Shown piece after piece: positions 36,604-46,661 of a stretch of DNA of 64,000 nucleotides. The position numbers and the translations under genes were made by a program. The stretch is taken from contig OZ244651.1 of the NCBI GenBank assembly GCA_965218695.1, positions 1,280,001-1,344,000 of the forward strand, read 5' to 3'. Within the stretch, counting starts at the first letter, position 1. Every line of letters starts with the position of its first letter. Origin of the DNA: Nitrosopumilus sp. GTDB taxonomy: Archaea; Thermoproteota; Nitrososphaeria; Nitrososphaerales; Nitrosopumilaceae. Below the pieces are notes generated by a model. The model was not told the DNA's origin. It saw nothing but the letters and a program-made list of their open reading frames with translations, and ran no database searches.

Positions 36604-37260
36604 TTGAGTCAAAGATCCCAGTACCGAGGGGGCGGAAATCGTCCCAAAAGACCCAGAAGGGAGCCTGAGGAAGAGGTCTGGCTGCCCAAGACGATACTTG
36701 GTCACAAGGTTGCATCCGGTGAGATCACATCCCTTGAGGAGATAATTGAGACGGGCCTGCGAATCCAAGAGGCCGGAATAATCAAAAAACTGCTTCCCGA
36801 TCTGAAGAGCGAGGTGATTGACGTGGGGATTATCCAAAAGATGACTGCAAACGGCCAGTCCACCAGATTCAAGGCGATCGTTGCAACGGGAAACGAGGCA
36901 GGATATCTGGGAATCGGCCAAGGAAAATCCAAACAGATGAGAATTGCAATAGAAAAGGCTACCAGCCAGGCGTTTCTGAATGTGAGCCCAATCAAGATCG
37001 GGTGCGGCAGCTGGGAGTGCAGGTGTGATCAAAAGCATTCGGTTCCGTTCAAGGTCAAAGGGAAGGGCGGAAGCGTCACAATCGAGATAATTCCTGCTCC
37101 CAGAGGGCTGGGGCTTGTAGCAGGGGGCAAGATAAAGCGATTATTGGAATTGGCAGGACTAAAGGATGCGTGGACCACTGCAAAGGGCTCCACGCCCACC
37201 ATGAACTCGACATCAAAGGCTATACTGAACTGCCTCAGGCAGACGTTCAGTCAAGGTTGA
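36604..37260 (+). CDS. rps5: Ribosomal protein S5
   Basis: WLPKTILG, GCGSWEC, PAPRGLGL. Confidence 0.96.
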   Translation: MSQRSQYRGGGNRPKRPRREPEEEVWLPKTILGHKVASGEITSLEEIIETGLRIQEAGIIKKLLPDLKSEVIDVGIIQKMTANGQSTRFKAIVATGNEAGYLGIGQGKSKQMRIAIEKATSQAFLNVSPIKIGCGSWECRCDQKHSVPFKVKGKGGSVTIEIIPAPRGLGLVAGGKIKRLLELAGLKDAWTTAKGSTPTMNSTSKAILNCLRQTFSQG

Positions 37261-37265
37261 TGGGA

Positions 37266-37733
37266 ATGGCCAAGGCATACCTCGTTGTTAGAATAAAGGG
37301 TCAGGCAGACGTTCCGTATTGGGCAGTCCGCACCATGACCCTGCTCAAGCTCGATAAGAAATACCGTGCCACCATACTGCCTGCCAAGGAGAACACGCTG
37401 GGCATGCTAGACAAGATAAAGCACTATGTCTCATGGTTTGATGCCGATACCGCACTGGCAAAGGAACTCATCGACAAGAAGGCAAGAAAGTCAGGCTACC
37501 AAAAGGTCACTTTAGAGGATCTGAAGCATCTTGGCTTTGCAAGTTCTGACGATCTGGCATCTGCCCTGAGCGAAGGAAAGGCAACCCTGTCCAAGCTCAA
37601 GCCGCTCAAGCCGTGGTTTGCCCTGGCACCCCCAAGGTACGGATTCAAAAGAAGCACCAAAAAGCTGTACGGGCAAAAGGGCATACTGGGACAGAACAAG
37701 GAACTGGGCACACTCGTTAGGAATATGATCTGA
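37266..37733 (+). CDS. rpl30: Ribosomal protein L30
   Basis: YLVVRIKG, FALAPPRYGF; between rps5 and rpl15. Confidence 0.93.
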   Translation: MAKAYLVVRIKGQADVPYWAVRTMTLLKLDKKYRATILPAKENTLGMLDKIKHYVSWFDADTALAKELIDKKARKSGYQKVTLEDLKHLGFASSDDLASALSEGKATLSKLKPLKPWFALAPPRYGFKRSTKKLYGQKGILGQNKELGTLVRNMI

Positions 37734-37734
37734 C

Positions 37735-38160
37735 ATGGCAACAAGACTGAGAAAGACCAGAAGGCTCCGGGGAGGCAGGCACATGGGATGGGGACAAGTC
37801 GGCCAGCACCGTGCAAGCGGACATCAGGGCGGTCTGGGAGTTACCGGCATGATGAAGCACCATTACAGTACCATGTTGAAGGATGACCCTGATCATTACG
37901 GCCATGATTCCACTAAACCACCCCACCCAAACATCACCCGAAGATGGGCCAGCATTCGTGACCTAGACGACCTGTTTGCAGGGTTCGGGACCGAGGAAGG
38001 AGGCAAAAAGACAATAGACCTTCAAGGCGCAGGATACGACAAGCTCCTTGGCGGCGGAAGCCTGTCCAGCCCCTACTCTGTCAGGGTGCGGCAGTATACA
38101 AAATCCGCACAAGAAAAACTAGAGGCAGCTGGTGGAGAGGTGTTGCCCTGCGATGGCTGA
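37735..38160 (+). CDS. rpl15: Ribosomal protein L15
   Basis: RKTRRLRGGRHMGWG, KLLGGG, KLEAAGG. Confidence 0.95.
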   Translation: MATRLRKTRRLRGGRHMGWGQVGQHRASGHQGGLGVTGMMKHHYSTMLKDDPDHYGHDSTKPPHPNITRRWASIRDLDDLFAGFGTEEGGKKTIDLQGAGYDKLLGGGSLSSPYSVRVRQYTKSAQEKLEAAGGEVLPCDG

Positions 38161-39583
38161 AGGCAACCTAACTACCATCATACGAAGGATCGTCTTCAAG
38201 GCCGAACCATACCTCCCGCAGGTCCCAAAACCAAAAAAGAAGCTCTCTCTCCAAATACGCCTCCTCTGGTGCGGAATGGCCCTGCTCATCTATATGGTGA
38301 TGGGACAGACCCCTCTGTTTGGCGCAACCACGCCAGAATTTGATTTTCTACAGTTTGCGCGTGTAATCTTTGCATCCCAGCAGGGCACACTAGTGGAGTT
38401 GGGAATAGGGCCGATCGTGACTGCCGGGTTGCTGATGCAGCTGCTCAGGGGATCTGAGATCCTCAAGTTTGACTTTAAAAAGCCCGAGGAGCGAGGCATA
38501 TTCCAGACAGCGACCAAGCTGGTAACCTACATCATAATCGTCGTAGAGTCAATCGTGTACGGAATCGCAGTGTATGGTCCGGGAATCACGGAACCGTCCG
38601 TATTGTATATTATGGTCGGGCAGCTGATGGCAGCGTCGATCATAATCATGTTCCTCGACGAACTGATTCAGAAGGGATGGGGCCTGGGAAGCGGGATCAG
38701 CCTGTTCATCATGGCAGGTGTGGCCCAGCAGATCCTCTGGAGCCTGTTCAGCCCGTTGCCTGCCGGCGACGGCGGAATGATCGGCGTGTTCCCGTTTATC
38801 GGCCAGTCGATAATGGCCGAAGACTTCTCAAACGTACTGTTCCGTTCAAACCAGCTGCCGAGCATCTTCGGGCTGTGCCTTACCGCCGGAATCCTGCTGA
38901 TACTCGTCTTTACGCAGGGCATGAAGATTGAGATCCCGATCGTGTCGACAAAGTACAGGGGGTTCTCTGCGGTATACCCGATCAAGCTGATGTACGTCTC
39001 CAACATTCCTGTGATTCTGGCCTCCGCCCTTACGGCAAACGCCGTATTCGTATTCCAGATGTTGTGGGCCAACACGAACCCGCGGAACAACAACTTTTTT
39101 ATGAATTTCATAGCGCAGTTTGACCCGACAAGCCCGTCCACCCCGATAGGCGGCCTCATATACTTTATCACGCCGCCCAGGGGCCTGGAGGCGGCCGCCC
39201 TGGATCCTACGAGGGCAGTAGGATACGTCATATTTATGATTGGGATCGTGGTGGTGTTTGGAAAGCTCTGGGTGGAGCTTGGAGGCCTCTCCCCGAAGAG
39301 CGCAGCCCAGAACCTTCTTGATGCAGATGTGCAGATTCCGGGATTTCGAAGATCAAACAAGCCTGTTGAGGCGCTGCTAAACAAGTACATCCCGTCTGTC
39401 ACCCTCATTGGTTCGATGATACTGGGCCTGCTGGCCGGGGTCTCTGATGTTCTTGGGGTGTTTGGATCCGGAATCGGAATCCTGCTCATGGTTGACATTC
39501 TAATTAACTACTATACGCAACTGGTAAGGGAACAAGTCGAAGTCGTCATGCCGCGTCTGGGTGCTCTGCTTGGCAGGAAATAA
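38153..39583 (+). CDS. secY: Protein translocase SecY/Sec61-alpha
   Basis: ELGIGPIVTA, KGWGLGSGISLFI, YPIKLMYVSNIP. Confidence 0.97.
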   Translation: MAEGNLTTIIRRIVFKAEPYLPQVPKPKKKLSLQIRLLWCGMALLIYMVMGQTPLFGATTPEFDFLQFARVIFASQQGTLVELGIGPIVTAGLLMQLLRGSEILKFDFKKPEERGIFQTATKLVTYIIIVVESIVYGIAVYGPGITEPSVLYIMVGQLMAASIIIMFLDELIQKGWGLGSGISLFIMAGVAQQILWSLFSPLPAGDGGMIGVFPFIGQSIMAEDFSNVLFRSNQLPSIFGLCLTAGILLILVFTQGMKIEIPIVSTKYRGFSAVYPIKLMYVSNIPVILASALTANAVFVFQMLWANTNPRNNNFFMNFIAQFDPTSPSTPIGGLIYFITPPRGLEAAALDPTRAVGYVIFMIGIVVVFGKLWVELGGLSPKSAAQNLLDADVQIPGFRRSNKPVEALLNKYIPSVTLIGSMILGLLAGVSDVLGVFGSGIGILLMVDILINYYTQLVREQVEVVMPRLGALLGRK

Positions 39584-40145
39584 ACGGATAATAATTGCCG
39601 GGATTCCCGGGGTGGGAAAGACCACGCTGCTGGCCAAGATGAACCAGCGCCTAAAGGCCAACAACCCTGATTGTATCGTGGTAAGCTTTGGAACACTGAT
39701 GCTGGAGGTGGGACAGGATAACGGCGTGCGCAACCGGGATCAGCTCAGAAAGCTTCCCATATCCGAGCAGAGGCGCCTTCAGACCATTGCCGCCGAACGG
39801 ATTGCAGCCTGTGAGGGCATGGTGCTTATCGACACCCATGCGTTTATCAGCTCGCCGGAAGGCTACTATCCCGGGCTGCCTGCACAGGTCCTGAGAATCA
39901 TCCGTCCCACCAACTTTATCTCGGTCGCTGCGCGTCCAGAGGAGATCTACAGCAGGCGGATGAGGGATACCTCGCGACACAGGGATCGCATTACCATTGC
40001 GTCAGTCAAGGGGGATCTGGATGTCCAGTCTGGAATGATCTCTGCATGTTCTGTAATCACCGGCTCCCCGGTAATGCACGTATTGAACACGGAGGGAAAG
40101 GTTGATGAAGTAGCAGATAAAATAATCAACATGATGGGGCTGTAG
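39570..40145 (+). CDS. adk: Adenylate kinase (archaeal)
   Basis: GIPGVGKTT, IDTH, GYYPGLP. Confidence 0.93.
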   Translation: MAGNKRIIIAGIPGVGKTTLLAKMNQRLKANNPDCIVVSFGTLMLEVGQDNGVRNRDQLRKLPISEQRRLQTIAAERIAACEGMVLIDTHAFISSPEGYYPGLPAQVLRIIRPTNFISVAARPEEIYSRRMRDTSRHRDRITIASVKGDLDVQSGMISACSVITGSPVMHVLNTEGKVDEVADKIINMMGL

Positions 40146-40147
40146 AA

Positions 40148-40771
40148 ATGGATCTAGGTTTTGTGTTTCTCTTTGTTGATTCTGTATTTCTCCAGTTTGA
40201 ATTCTTTACCGACCAGCGGGGGGCGCTGGGAAGCGACGATCCGATAGTCAAGGGCCTGATTGTCTCGATGTTTGCCGTATCGGGATTTGGAATACTGCTC
40301 AACATATTCAACTCTGCAGTCCGAAAAAAGATGGTTGATCAAACGAAGCTGAAGCGGATTATGAAAGAGACCCGCTCATGGCAGAAGGAGAGAATGACCG
40401 CAATGCGCTCAAAGGATCAGACCAGGATAAACGAGCTGAGCAAAAAGTCATCCTACATGAACAAGATGTCCATGGAGATGATGCAGATGAACATGAGGCC
40501 GATGATGATTACATTTGTTCCCCTGATTCTGATATTCTATTTTGTCCTGCCGCAGCTCTTCTCGTATACCGTTGCAATATCTCCAATACCGCTCAACGTG
40601 ATTCCAGGCGACTGGCTGCAGCTTACGTGTACTGCCGAACAGGCAGCAGACCCGGAGCATGTCTGTACTACGGAGAACGCGCTCTTTTTGTGGGCGTGGT
40701 ACTTTCTTTCATCCATTGCGTTTAGTGGAATTATCATGAAACTGACCAGAACATCCATGGATCTTAGTTGA
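40148..40771 (+). CDS. DUF106 / EMC3-TMCO1 family membrane insertase
   Basis: TM-coiled coil-TM architecture, MRPMMITFVP, WYFLSS; conserved position after adk. Confidence 0.88.
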   Translation: MDLGFVFLFVDSVFLQFEFFTDQRGALGSDDPIVKGLIVSMFAVSGFGILLNIFNSAVRKKMVDQTKLKRIMKETRSWQKERMTAMRSKDQTRINELSKKSSYMNKMSMEMMQMNMRPMMITFVPLILIFYFVLPQLFSYTVAISPIPLNVIPGDWLQLTCTAEQAADPEHVCTTENALFLWAWYFLSSIAFSGIIMKLTRTSMDLS

Positions 40772-41328
40772 CAAAATCCATCGTAATCTCCGGACCCCCG
40801 GCAGTGGGCAAGACTACTGTCGGTAGGGGCCTTGCGACGGAGTTTGGAATGATGTACCTCAGCGGCGGAGACGTCCTAAAGGAGATGGCCAGGACACAGG
40901 GGTTTGAACCTGACGGTGATGACTGGTGGGACACGCAGCAGGGAATGCAGTTTCTAAACCAGCGCGAGAACGATTCCACGTTTGACAGGAAGCTGGACCA
41001 GAAACTGATGGGCCTGTTCAATGAGGGGAGCAGGGTGATCACGAGCTACACGCTGCCGTGGCTGGTCGACAATGGCATAAAGATATGGCTTGACGGCTCC
41101 CATGCAAGCAGCACCAAGAGGATGCAGTCCCGGGACAACATGAGCCCCGTCGAGGCATCCGCAGTCACAAAGAACCGCTTTGACAAGAACAGGGCGCTGT
41201 ACAAGAACCTGTACAAGTTTGAGTTTGGATATGACGAGTCCGTCTTTGATTTGAAGATCGACACTGACCATCTTACTGCGCAGCAGGTAATTGACATTGC
41301 AATGGATACGGTGAAGAGACTGCTATGA
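40768..41328 (+). CDS. cmk: Cytidylate kinase
   Basis: ISGPPAVGKTT, SGGDVLKEMA. Confidence 0.9.
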   Translation: MTKSIVISGPPAVGKTTVGRGLATEFGMMYLSGGDVLKEMARTQGFEPDGDDWWDTQQGMQFLNQRENDSTFDRKLDQKLMGLFNEGSRVITSYTLPWLVDNGIKIWLDGSHASSTKRMQSRDNMSPVEASAVTKNRFDKNRALYKNLYKFEFGYDESVFDLKIDTDHLTAQQVIDIAMDTVKRLL

Positions 41329-42329
41329 CGATACTCAGGCAGCTTGAGAACCTGGTTGAAATTGATCAGGACATCACAGACGACGCGTATGGCACATACT
41401 ACGACAAGAGGACAGTCGAGCAGCTGCTCAACTATGGAATAATACTGCTGGACAAGCCGCCTGGCCCTACAAGCCATGAGACTGTGGCATGGACAAAGAG
41501 GATACTGGATCTGCCCAAGATTGGCCACAGCGGAACGCTTGATCCGCAGGTGTCCGGGGTCCTGCCGCTCGGACTGGGGGAGGCCACAAAGGCGCTCGGA
41601 GTACTGTTGCTTGGCCCAAAAGAGTACCATGCGCTGGGCCGGGTCCACTCCCTGCCGTCGCCTGAAAAGCTTGCGCAGGTGATCGGGATGTTCAGGGGAC
41701 CAATCTTCCAAAAGCCCCCGCAGCGCTCTGCCGTACTCAGGCAGACCCGGATCAGGCACATCTACGAATTTGAGGTGCTTGAGCAGAAGGAGAGGCTGCT
41801 GCTGACCCGCATCCTGTGCGAGGCGGGCACCTACATAAGAAAACTGTACTATGATGTGGGCGAGGCACTGGGGCCCGGCTCGACCATGGTGGAGCTGAGA
41901 CGGACCAGGGTGGGCCAGTTCCGGGAGACTGACGGTTTGGTGACCATGCACGAGCTGGCAGATGCGTTTGCCACGTGGAATGATACCGGGGATGGCAGCA
42001 AGCTGATCGGGATGATAAAACCCGCGGAGGCTGCGCTCAGCGAGATAAAGTCGGTAGTTATTCGTGACTCGGCAGTTGATGCGATGTGCCACGGCGCGCA
42101 GCTGGCGGTGCCTGGAATCCTGCAGGTCTCCCGGGGGCTGGGACGGGGGGATCTGGTTGGCGTGTATACCCAAAAGGGGGAGGCAGTTGCACTGGCAGAG
42201 TCGACGATGTCTGCCGAGGAGATCGACGAGGCTGCAAAGGGGCACGCCTTTGAGACAAAACGAATCATAATGGCCCCCAGCACGTATCCCAAGAAATGGC
42301 GTACAAAGCCTGTCGTGCCAAAGGGTTAA
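41325..42329 (+). CDS. cbf5: H/ACA pseudouridine synthase Cbf5
   Basis: DKPPGPTSHE, GHSGTLDP, CEAGTYIR, PUA domain. Confidence 0.96.
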   Translation: MTILRQLENLVEIDQDITDDAYGTYYDKRTVEQLLNYGIILLDKPPGPTSHETVAWTKRILDLPKIGHSGTLDPQVSGVLPLGLGEATKALGVLLLGPKEYHALGRVHSLPSPEKLAQVIGMFRGPIFQKPPQRSAVLRQTRIRHIYEFEVLEQKERLLLTRILCEAGTYIRKLYYDVGEALGPGSTMVELRRTRVGQFRETDGLVTMHELADAFATWNDTGDGSKLIGMIKPAEAALSEIKSVVIRDSAVDAMCHGAQLAVPGILQVSRGLGRGDLVGVYTQKGEAVALAESTMSAEEIDEAAKGHAFETKRIIMAPSTYPKKWRTKPVVPKG

Positions 42330-42353
42330 AACAGATACGGCGCACCGTAACCG

Positions 42354-42782
42354 TTGTTAGCAAGAACCCTTGTCATCTTTATCGCAGTCGGCGTCGTCTC
42401 CGGACTGCTCTTTGGCGTGTATCTTGCGGATCTGAAGGATACCAACCAGGTGACGTATGTGGAGGGGAATTCGCTGTCTGTCGTTACAGACAAGTCCGTT
42501 TATGCGTCGGGCGAGAAGATTGAGATCCGCGTCATAAACTCCGGGACGCTTCCGCTGAGTTTTCCTGATGACTCGTATGGATTGCGTGTTACCGGTCTGG
42601 TAGGCTCGATCATATTTGCTCCCCTTGCAACAGGGGATGAGGAGCAGATACTCAATCCAAGAGACGAGTGGTACATATCATGGACCCCGATCCAGTATGA
42701 TGGAACGCCGATCATCTCCGGCGTCTACAAGATACACGCAGGGCACGATGTTACCGCATCAACCACAATCACAATCCTGTAG
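42354..42782 (+). CDS. Hypothetical membrane-anchored beta-rich protein
   Basis: N-terminal TM helix; TDKSVYASGE and GVYKI Ig-like patterns. Confidence 0.7.
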   Translation: MLARTLVIFIAVGVVSGLLFGVYLADLKDTNQVTYVEGNSLSVVTDKSVYASGEKIEIRVINSGTLPLSFPDDSYGLRVTGLVGSIIFAPLATGDEEQILNPRDEWYISWTPIQYDGTPIISGVYKIHAGHDVTASTTITIL

Positions 42783-42845
42783 GACTGGAGGCATGACACA
42801 ATTTATAATCACATCCCCTCCAAGTACCCCCGTCGTAAGACTTGT

Positions 42846-42946
42846 GCCGGGGTCGCCTAGCCTGGTAGGGCGCGCGCCTGGAAATGATACACCATAAAGC
42901 GCGTTCTCGCAAGGGATCGGGAGTTCAAATCTCCCTCCCGGCGCCA
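42846..42946 (+). tRNA. tRNA-Ser(GGA) with ~14-nt intron at 37/38 (about 42884-42897) and encoded CCA
   Basis: Acceptor GCCGGGG/TCCCGGC, anticodon stem CGCGC/GCGCG with CT-GGA-A, long variable arm, GTTCAAATC T-loop. Confidence 0.92.
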
Positions 42947-43065
42947 TTAATTCATTCCATGATGTACCTGGGGAATGCTCGTGCGGTGGCGGTTCGGCTG
43001 CTGCCGATGCCGATGTTGATGCCGATGCAGGCCTGCCGTACTCGTGGCAATTCTGCCGCATAGGT

Positions 43066-44373
43066 TCACGTCATGCCCTCTACAATCTCTGAGAACCGCC
43101 ATGGCCCGCATCTTGCATCCTGGTGCTCGTTCCTGATGAGTCCCTTCTCGTCAAGCGTGCTGACCACGTATGCCGAGAACGGAAGCGCGCCCGTGGCCCC
43201 CGGGGAATTGTAATTGAGAATGTGAAATGACGAGTCGCCCTCGATGCAGACTGCGTCCGGGATGAACGCACCGTTCTCGTCAATCACCGACGATCGGATG
43301 CCTGCCGTTCCCCTCTCGGTGATCCTGTCCGGGTTTATCCTGGGCAGGAATTTTCTTACCCTGTCGACCATCGCCGTCTTTGACATGGATGACTGGATCT
43401 CGCTGATTGCAAGTTCCTGAAACTGCCTGTTAAAGACTGCCTTCCTTGCGCCGGAGCCAAGCATCTCAAGCATCTTTGGCACAAACTCCTTGATGTTCTC
43501 CATCGCGTCGTACCCGTATGGACTGAACACGGGAACCGCGTTCGGACCGATCTCGCAGCTGCCGTCGACCCTGATGATCCAGTGGGGATCCAGAAACGGA
43601 TATTCTGGGAATCCCGGAACCGAGTACACGCTGGTCTTGGTCAGTCCGGAATACTCCTCGGGGGCCTTCCAGTACTCCCCCCTGAAATGCACGTCCGTAA
43701 GGTCGTGCGCGACTCCTGCATCGTGCGCGACATCCACCGCCCTGCCGCCGGCTGCATTAATCAACAGGCCTGCAAGAATCACATTCCCGTTGTTTAGTGT
43801 GATCTCCCACTTGGTGACGCCCTTTTTTATCCCGGTGACAGTCGAGTTCATGAGAAACTTCGTGCCGTTCTCTTGACTGTCCATCATCAGCGCCCCGGAC
43901 AGTGCGGCATAGTCTGTGGACGCATCCCTGCTCACCCTGAGCGCCGCCTCGCACCGTATCTCCGGCTCGGTCCTCTTCAAATCGCTCCCGTCCAGAATCT
44001 CGATGTCCGAATCCTCCAGCCCGTTCTGCCTTCCCCATCTGAGGTACTTTTCAAGCACCTGCACGTCATCTCTGTCCAGTGCGACTTCAAGCACCCCGTC
44101 CCTTCTGAACGGCAGGCCTTTCATCTTGGAGTACTCCTCCCACATGCCGTATCCGTCAAAGGCGGCCCTTGCAAGAAGCCGCTTCCTTGCCGGGTCGTAC
44201 AGGTATGGCGCATGAACCTTTCCGGTGTTTCTTCCGCTTGTATGAAATGCGACACTGCCGGCCTGCTCTATCACTGCTATCCTTTTTGATCTGTTCAGGG
44301 CCGATACGAAATATGATATCGAGGTTCCAAGGATTCCCCCTCCTATGATTGCGACATCAAACTCGCTGCTCAA
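43066..44373 (-). CDS. FAD-dependent oxidoreductase, L-2-hydroxyglutarate oxidase-like
   Basis: IIGGGILG, HTSGRNTGKVH, FRGEY, SPGATGA. Confidence 0.85.
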   Translation of the reverse strand: MSSEFDVAIIGGGILGTSISYFVSALNRSKRIAVIEQAGSVAFHTSGRNTGKVHAPYLYDPARKRLLARAAFDGYGMWEEYSKMKGLPFRRDGVLEVALDRDDVQVLEKYLRWGRQNGLEDSDIEILDGSDLKRTEPEIRCEAALRVSRDASTDYAALSGALMMDSQENGTKFLMNSTVTGIKKGVTKWEITLNNGNVILAGLLINAAGGRAVDVAHDAGVAHDLTDVHFRGEYWKAPEEYSGLTKTSVYSVPGFPEYPFLDPHWIIRVDGSCEIGPNAVPVFSPYGYDAMENIKEFVPKMLEMLGSGARKAVFNRQFQELAISEIQSSMSKTAMVDRVRKFLPRINPDRITERGTAGIRSSVIDENGAFIPDAVCIEGDSSFHILNYNSPGATGALPFSAYVVSTLDEKGLIRNEHQDARCGPWRFSEIVEGMT

Positions 44374-44516
44374 CAGTATTCATATTGGCCTGTCTCTGTA
44401 ATAAACTCCGTATTCCCAAGACTAGTTCCTCCTGCATGGGGTGGGATCTTTGCCGCCGTATCGTTTGAATCAGACCGACCAAGATTAATATCAAACAGGC
44501 GCCGACTGACCTTATA

Positions 44517-44801
44517 ATGATGATGATGCCTGACAAGTGCTCTGTGGTGAGCCAGAAAAGGCAGTGCGTGAATCCCCCCAAATTCATCGTCTCGATAGTT
44601 GCAGGCGTCGACGAATACATGGTGGGGCTTGCCTGCGAGAGGCACCGACAGGACATATCCGACAGGATTACCATACTTCAAAACGGCGGAAAGATTCCAC
44701 GGGGCGTGATGACGTTTTCACCGGTCAAGGCAGTCGGCACCGACTGCATCCGCGGAGACCCCGACGATCTCGTACAGATTGACTCGGATCCCAAAAGCTG
44801 A
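44517..44801 (+). CDS. Hypothetical protein
   Basis: 94-aa ORF with spaced Cys residues, upstream of the HutX-like gene. Confidence 0.6.
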   Translation: MMMMPDKCSVVSQKRQCVNPPKFIVSIVAGVDEYMVGLACERHRQDISDRITILQNGGKIPRGVMTFSPVKAVGTDCIRGDPDDLVQIDSDPKS

Positions 44802-44826
44802 AATAACTTTGATGGGATAACCATGC

Positions 44827-45201
44827 ATGCTTTTGGAACTGCTATCTGAGATTGTGGGAATCGACGACGTGCTGTTCATCGTAAAGAGCGATGGCGCCGT
44901 AAGCGAGGTAAGAAGCAACCATCTGGGCATACGGCAGAAGGACAAGTGGATCACGCTGGGGGAAAACGACGATCCGGCACACATGCATATCAACTCCGAG
45001 TCCATAGAATCCGCCGAGTTTGTTAGGGAACCGCGACCCGGGCGGACAAGCCTTAGTGTGCGGTTCTTTAACAGAGACGGACAGCGGGTTCTGGCAGCAT
45101 TCTTCACGCGCATGTATGACCAGTCCGGCGCGCCGATCCCCGAGCGAATGGAACTGTATGACCGGCTGCATCAGAGATACCCCTCAAAGATTCGATTTTA
45201 A
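44827..45201 (+). CDS. ChuX/HutX-like heme-utilisation carrier protein
   Basis: VLFIVKSDGAVSEV, HMHI, SLSVRFFNRDG..VLAAF pattern. Confidence 0.7.
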   Translation: MLLELLSEIVGIDDVLFIVKSDGAVSEVRSNHLGIRQKDKWITLGENDDPAHMHINSESIESAEFVREPRPGRTSLSVRFFNRDGQRVLAAFFTRMYDQSGAPIPERMELYDRLHQRYPSKIRF

Positions 45202-45238
45202 AAAAAACCCTGCCGTACAGGCAGGTGGGTGAAATACG

Positions 45239-45346
45239 CTAGTTCTGAGATTTCCGCTTCTTCTCTTTCTCAGACTGTATCTTGGCTAACTCTAACTCCT
45301 CATTGGTGTGCTTGAACTTTTTCAATATGACTATACATCGTGCCAT
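45239..45346 (-). CDS. Possible small basic protein (35 aa)
   Basis: MARCIVILKKFKHTNEELELAKIQSEKEKKRKSQN; AT-rich coding-like stretch, no family recognised. Confidence 0.35.
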   Translation of the reverse strand: MARCIVILKKFKHTNEELELAKIQSEKEKKRKSQN

Positions 45347-45462
45347 AGGTATAAAAACTGCGCATTCCTTGCAGGCGCGAGTTCCCGTCGCGCCTGATTG
45401 CCCTGCACGTCCCGTCCTGCGCAATCCCGTGCTTATACGTCTACTACCATGATGGCCGAATT

Positions 45463-46431
45463 CTAACATTCCACAGAGTGTGCAGGCTTTTTGCCGTCCA
45501 TCCCAAGATCCAGATTCCTGATTACGATCTCGGCCATTCTTGCCCTTGTCTCCGTTGTGGCGCTCCCCATGTGGGGTGAGAGCACCACGCTTTGCAGCTT
45601 CAGCAGCGGGTTTTCTCCGTTGACGGGCTCAGTCTCAAAGACATCCAGTCCCGCACCTGCGATGATCCCGTCCCTCAGGGCAGCTGCCAGGTCATTTTCG
45701 TTGACTATCCTTCCCCTTGCAGTGTTGATGAGGTATGCAGTCCTCTTCATTCTGGCAAAGACATCCGCATCAAACAGGTGTTCAGTCTCTGCAGTGTGCG
45801 GCGTGTGGATCGAGATGACATCACTCCGTGTGACCAGATCATCAAAGGATACGTATTCTGCCCCCGGCGACCCCTCCTGCGGGTCCTGCAGGCGCCGCCT
45901 GTTGTGGTATACCGTCTTCATACCAAATGCATCTGCCCTTTTGGCCACTGCCCGACCAATCCTGCCCATGCCCAAAATCCCAAGCGTCTTGCCCTGGGGA
46001 TCAGTCCCAAGATGCTCCGTTGGCGCATAGACTGACACCCATCTGCCCTCCCGCATGACCCTGTCCTCTGCTGACACCCCTCTGAACAGGTCAAGCAGTA
46101 GCGCAAACGTCATATCGGCAGTCGCGTCAGTCAGCACGTTTGGGGTGTACCCTATCCTGATTCCCCTATTCATGGCATGCCCTACGTCTATGTGCTCAAA
46201 TCCGACGCTGTACGTGCTGATGACCCTTAGGTTCCTTGCAGAATCGATGATCTTCTGGTCAACCCTGTCGTATGGAAAGCAGATCAGTCCTTCTGCGTCT
46301 CTTATTCCCGACTGCAACTCTTCGCGGGTGACAGGCCCCTCCCCCGAATGCATATCCACCTGATACCTGCTGTTCAGTTCGGCCAGCGCGGCGTCCTGAA
46401 TTTTTCTCGTTATGAACACCTTTCTTTTCAT
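45463..46431 (-). CDS. D-isomer 2-hydroxyacid dehydrogenase (glyoxylate reductase / D-glycerate dehydrogenase)
   Basis: GILGMGRIG, INTARG, GLDVFETEP, PHMGSAT. Confidence 0.92.
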   Translation of the reverse strand: MKRKVFITRKIQDAALAELNSRYQVDMHSGEGPVTREELQSGIRDAEGLICFPYDRVDQKIIDSARNLRVISTYSVGFEHIDVGHAMNRGIRIGYTPNVLTDATADMTFALLLDLFRGVSAEDRVMREGRWVSVYAPTEHLGTDPQGKTLGILGMGRIGRAVAKRADAFGMKTVYHNRRRLQDPQEGSPGAEYVSFDDLVTRSDVISIHTPHTAETEHLFDADVFARMKRTAYLINTARGRIVNENDLAAALRDGIIAGAGLDVFETEPVNGENPLLKLQSVVLSPHMGSATTETRARMAEIVIRNLDLGMDGKKPAHSVEC

Positions 46432-46482
46432 GCCCTGAATTCATGGCTTAAACCATTTATACGATTCCCGTCTAAAGCCAGC

Positions 46483-46623
46483 ATGCCTGGCACCAACGAG
46501 GAGGAGTTCGAAACGTGCATGCTGTGTGGCAACTCCATTGAGATGTGCATGTGCGTGTGTCCGTACTGTGGAGAGCGCGACAAATGCGAGTGTGCCCTGT
46601 TTGATGCTGCCACCGGTGGTTAG
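46483..46623 (+). CDS. Small Cys-rich (zinc-binding) protein, 46 aa
   Basis: MPGTNEEEFETCMLCGNSIEMCMCVCPYCGERDKCECALFDAATGG; TTTATA ~27 nt upstream. Confidence 0.65.
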   Translation: MPGTNEEEFETCMLCGNSIEMCMCVCPYCGERDKCECALFDAATGG

Positions 46624-46661
46624 AAAAACTCATTTATGCACTAGAACTAACGTGTTGTGTC

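Noticed and set aside
41046-42245. 399-aa antisense ORF, plus many other antisense or alternate-frame ORFs in the track
   Set aside because: Shadow ORFs of well-supported genes (cmk/cbf5, leuS, alaS, pckA, transposases) with no recognisable motifs
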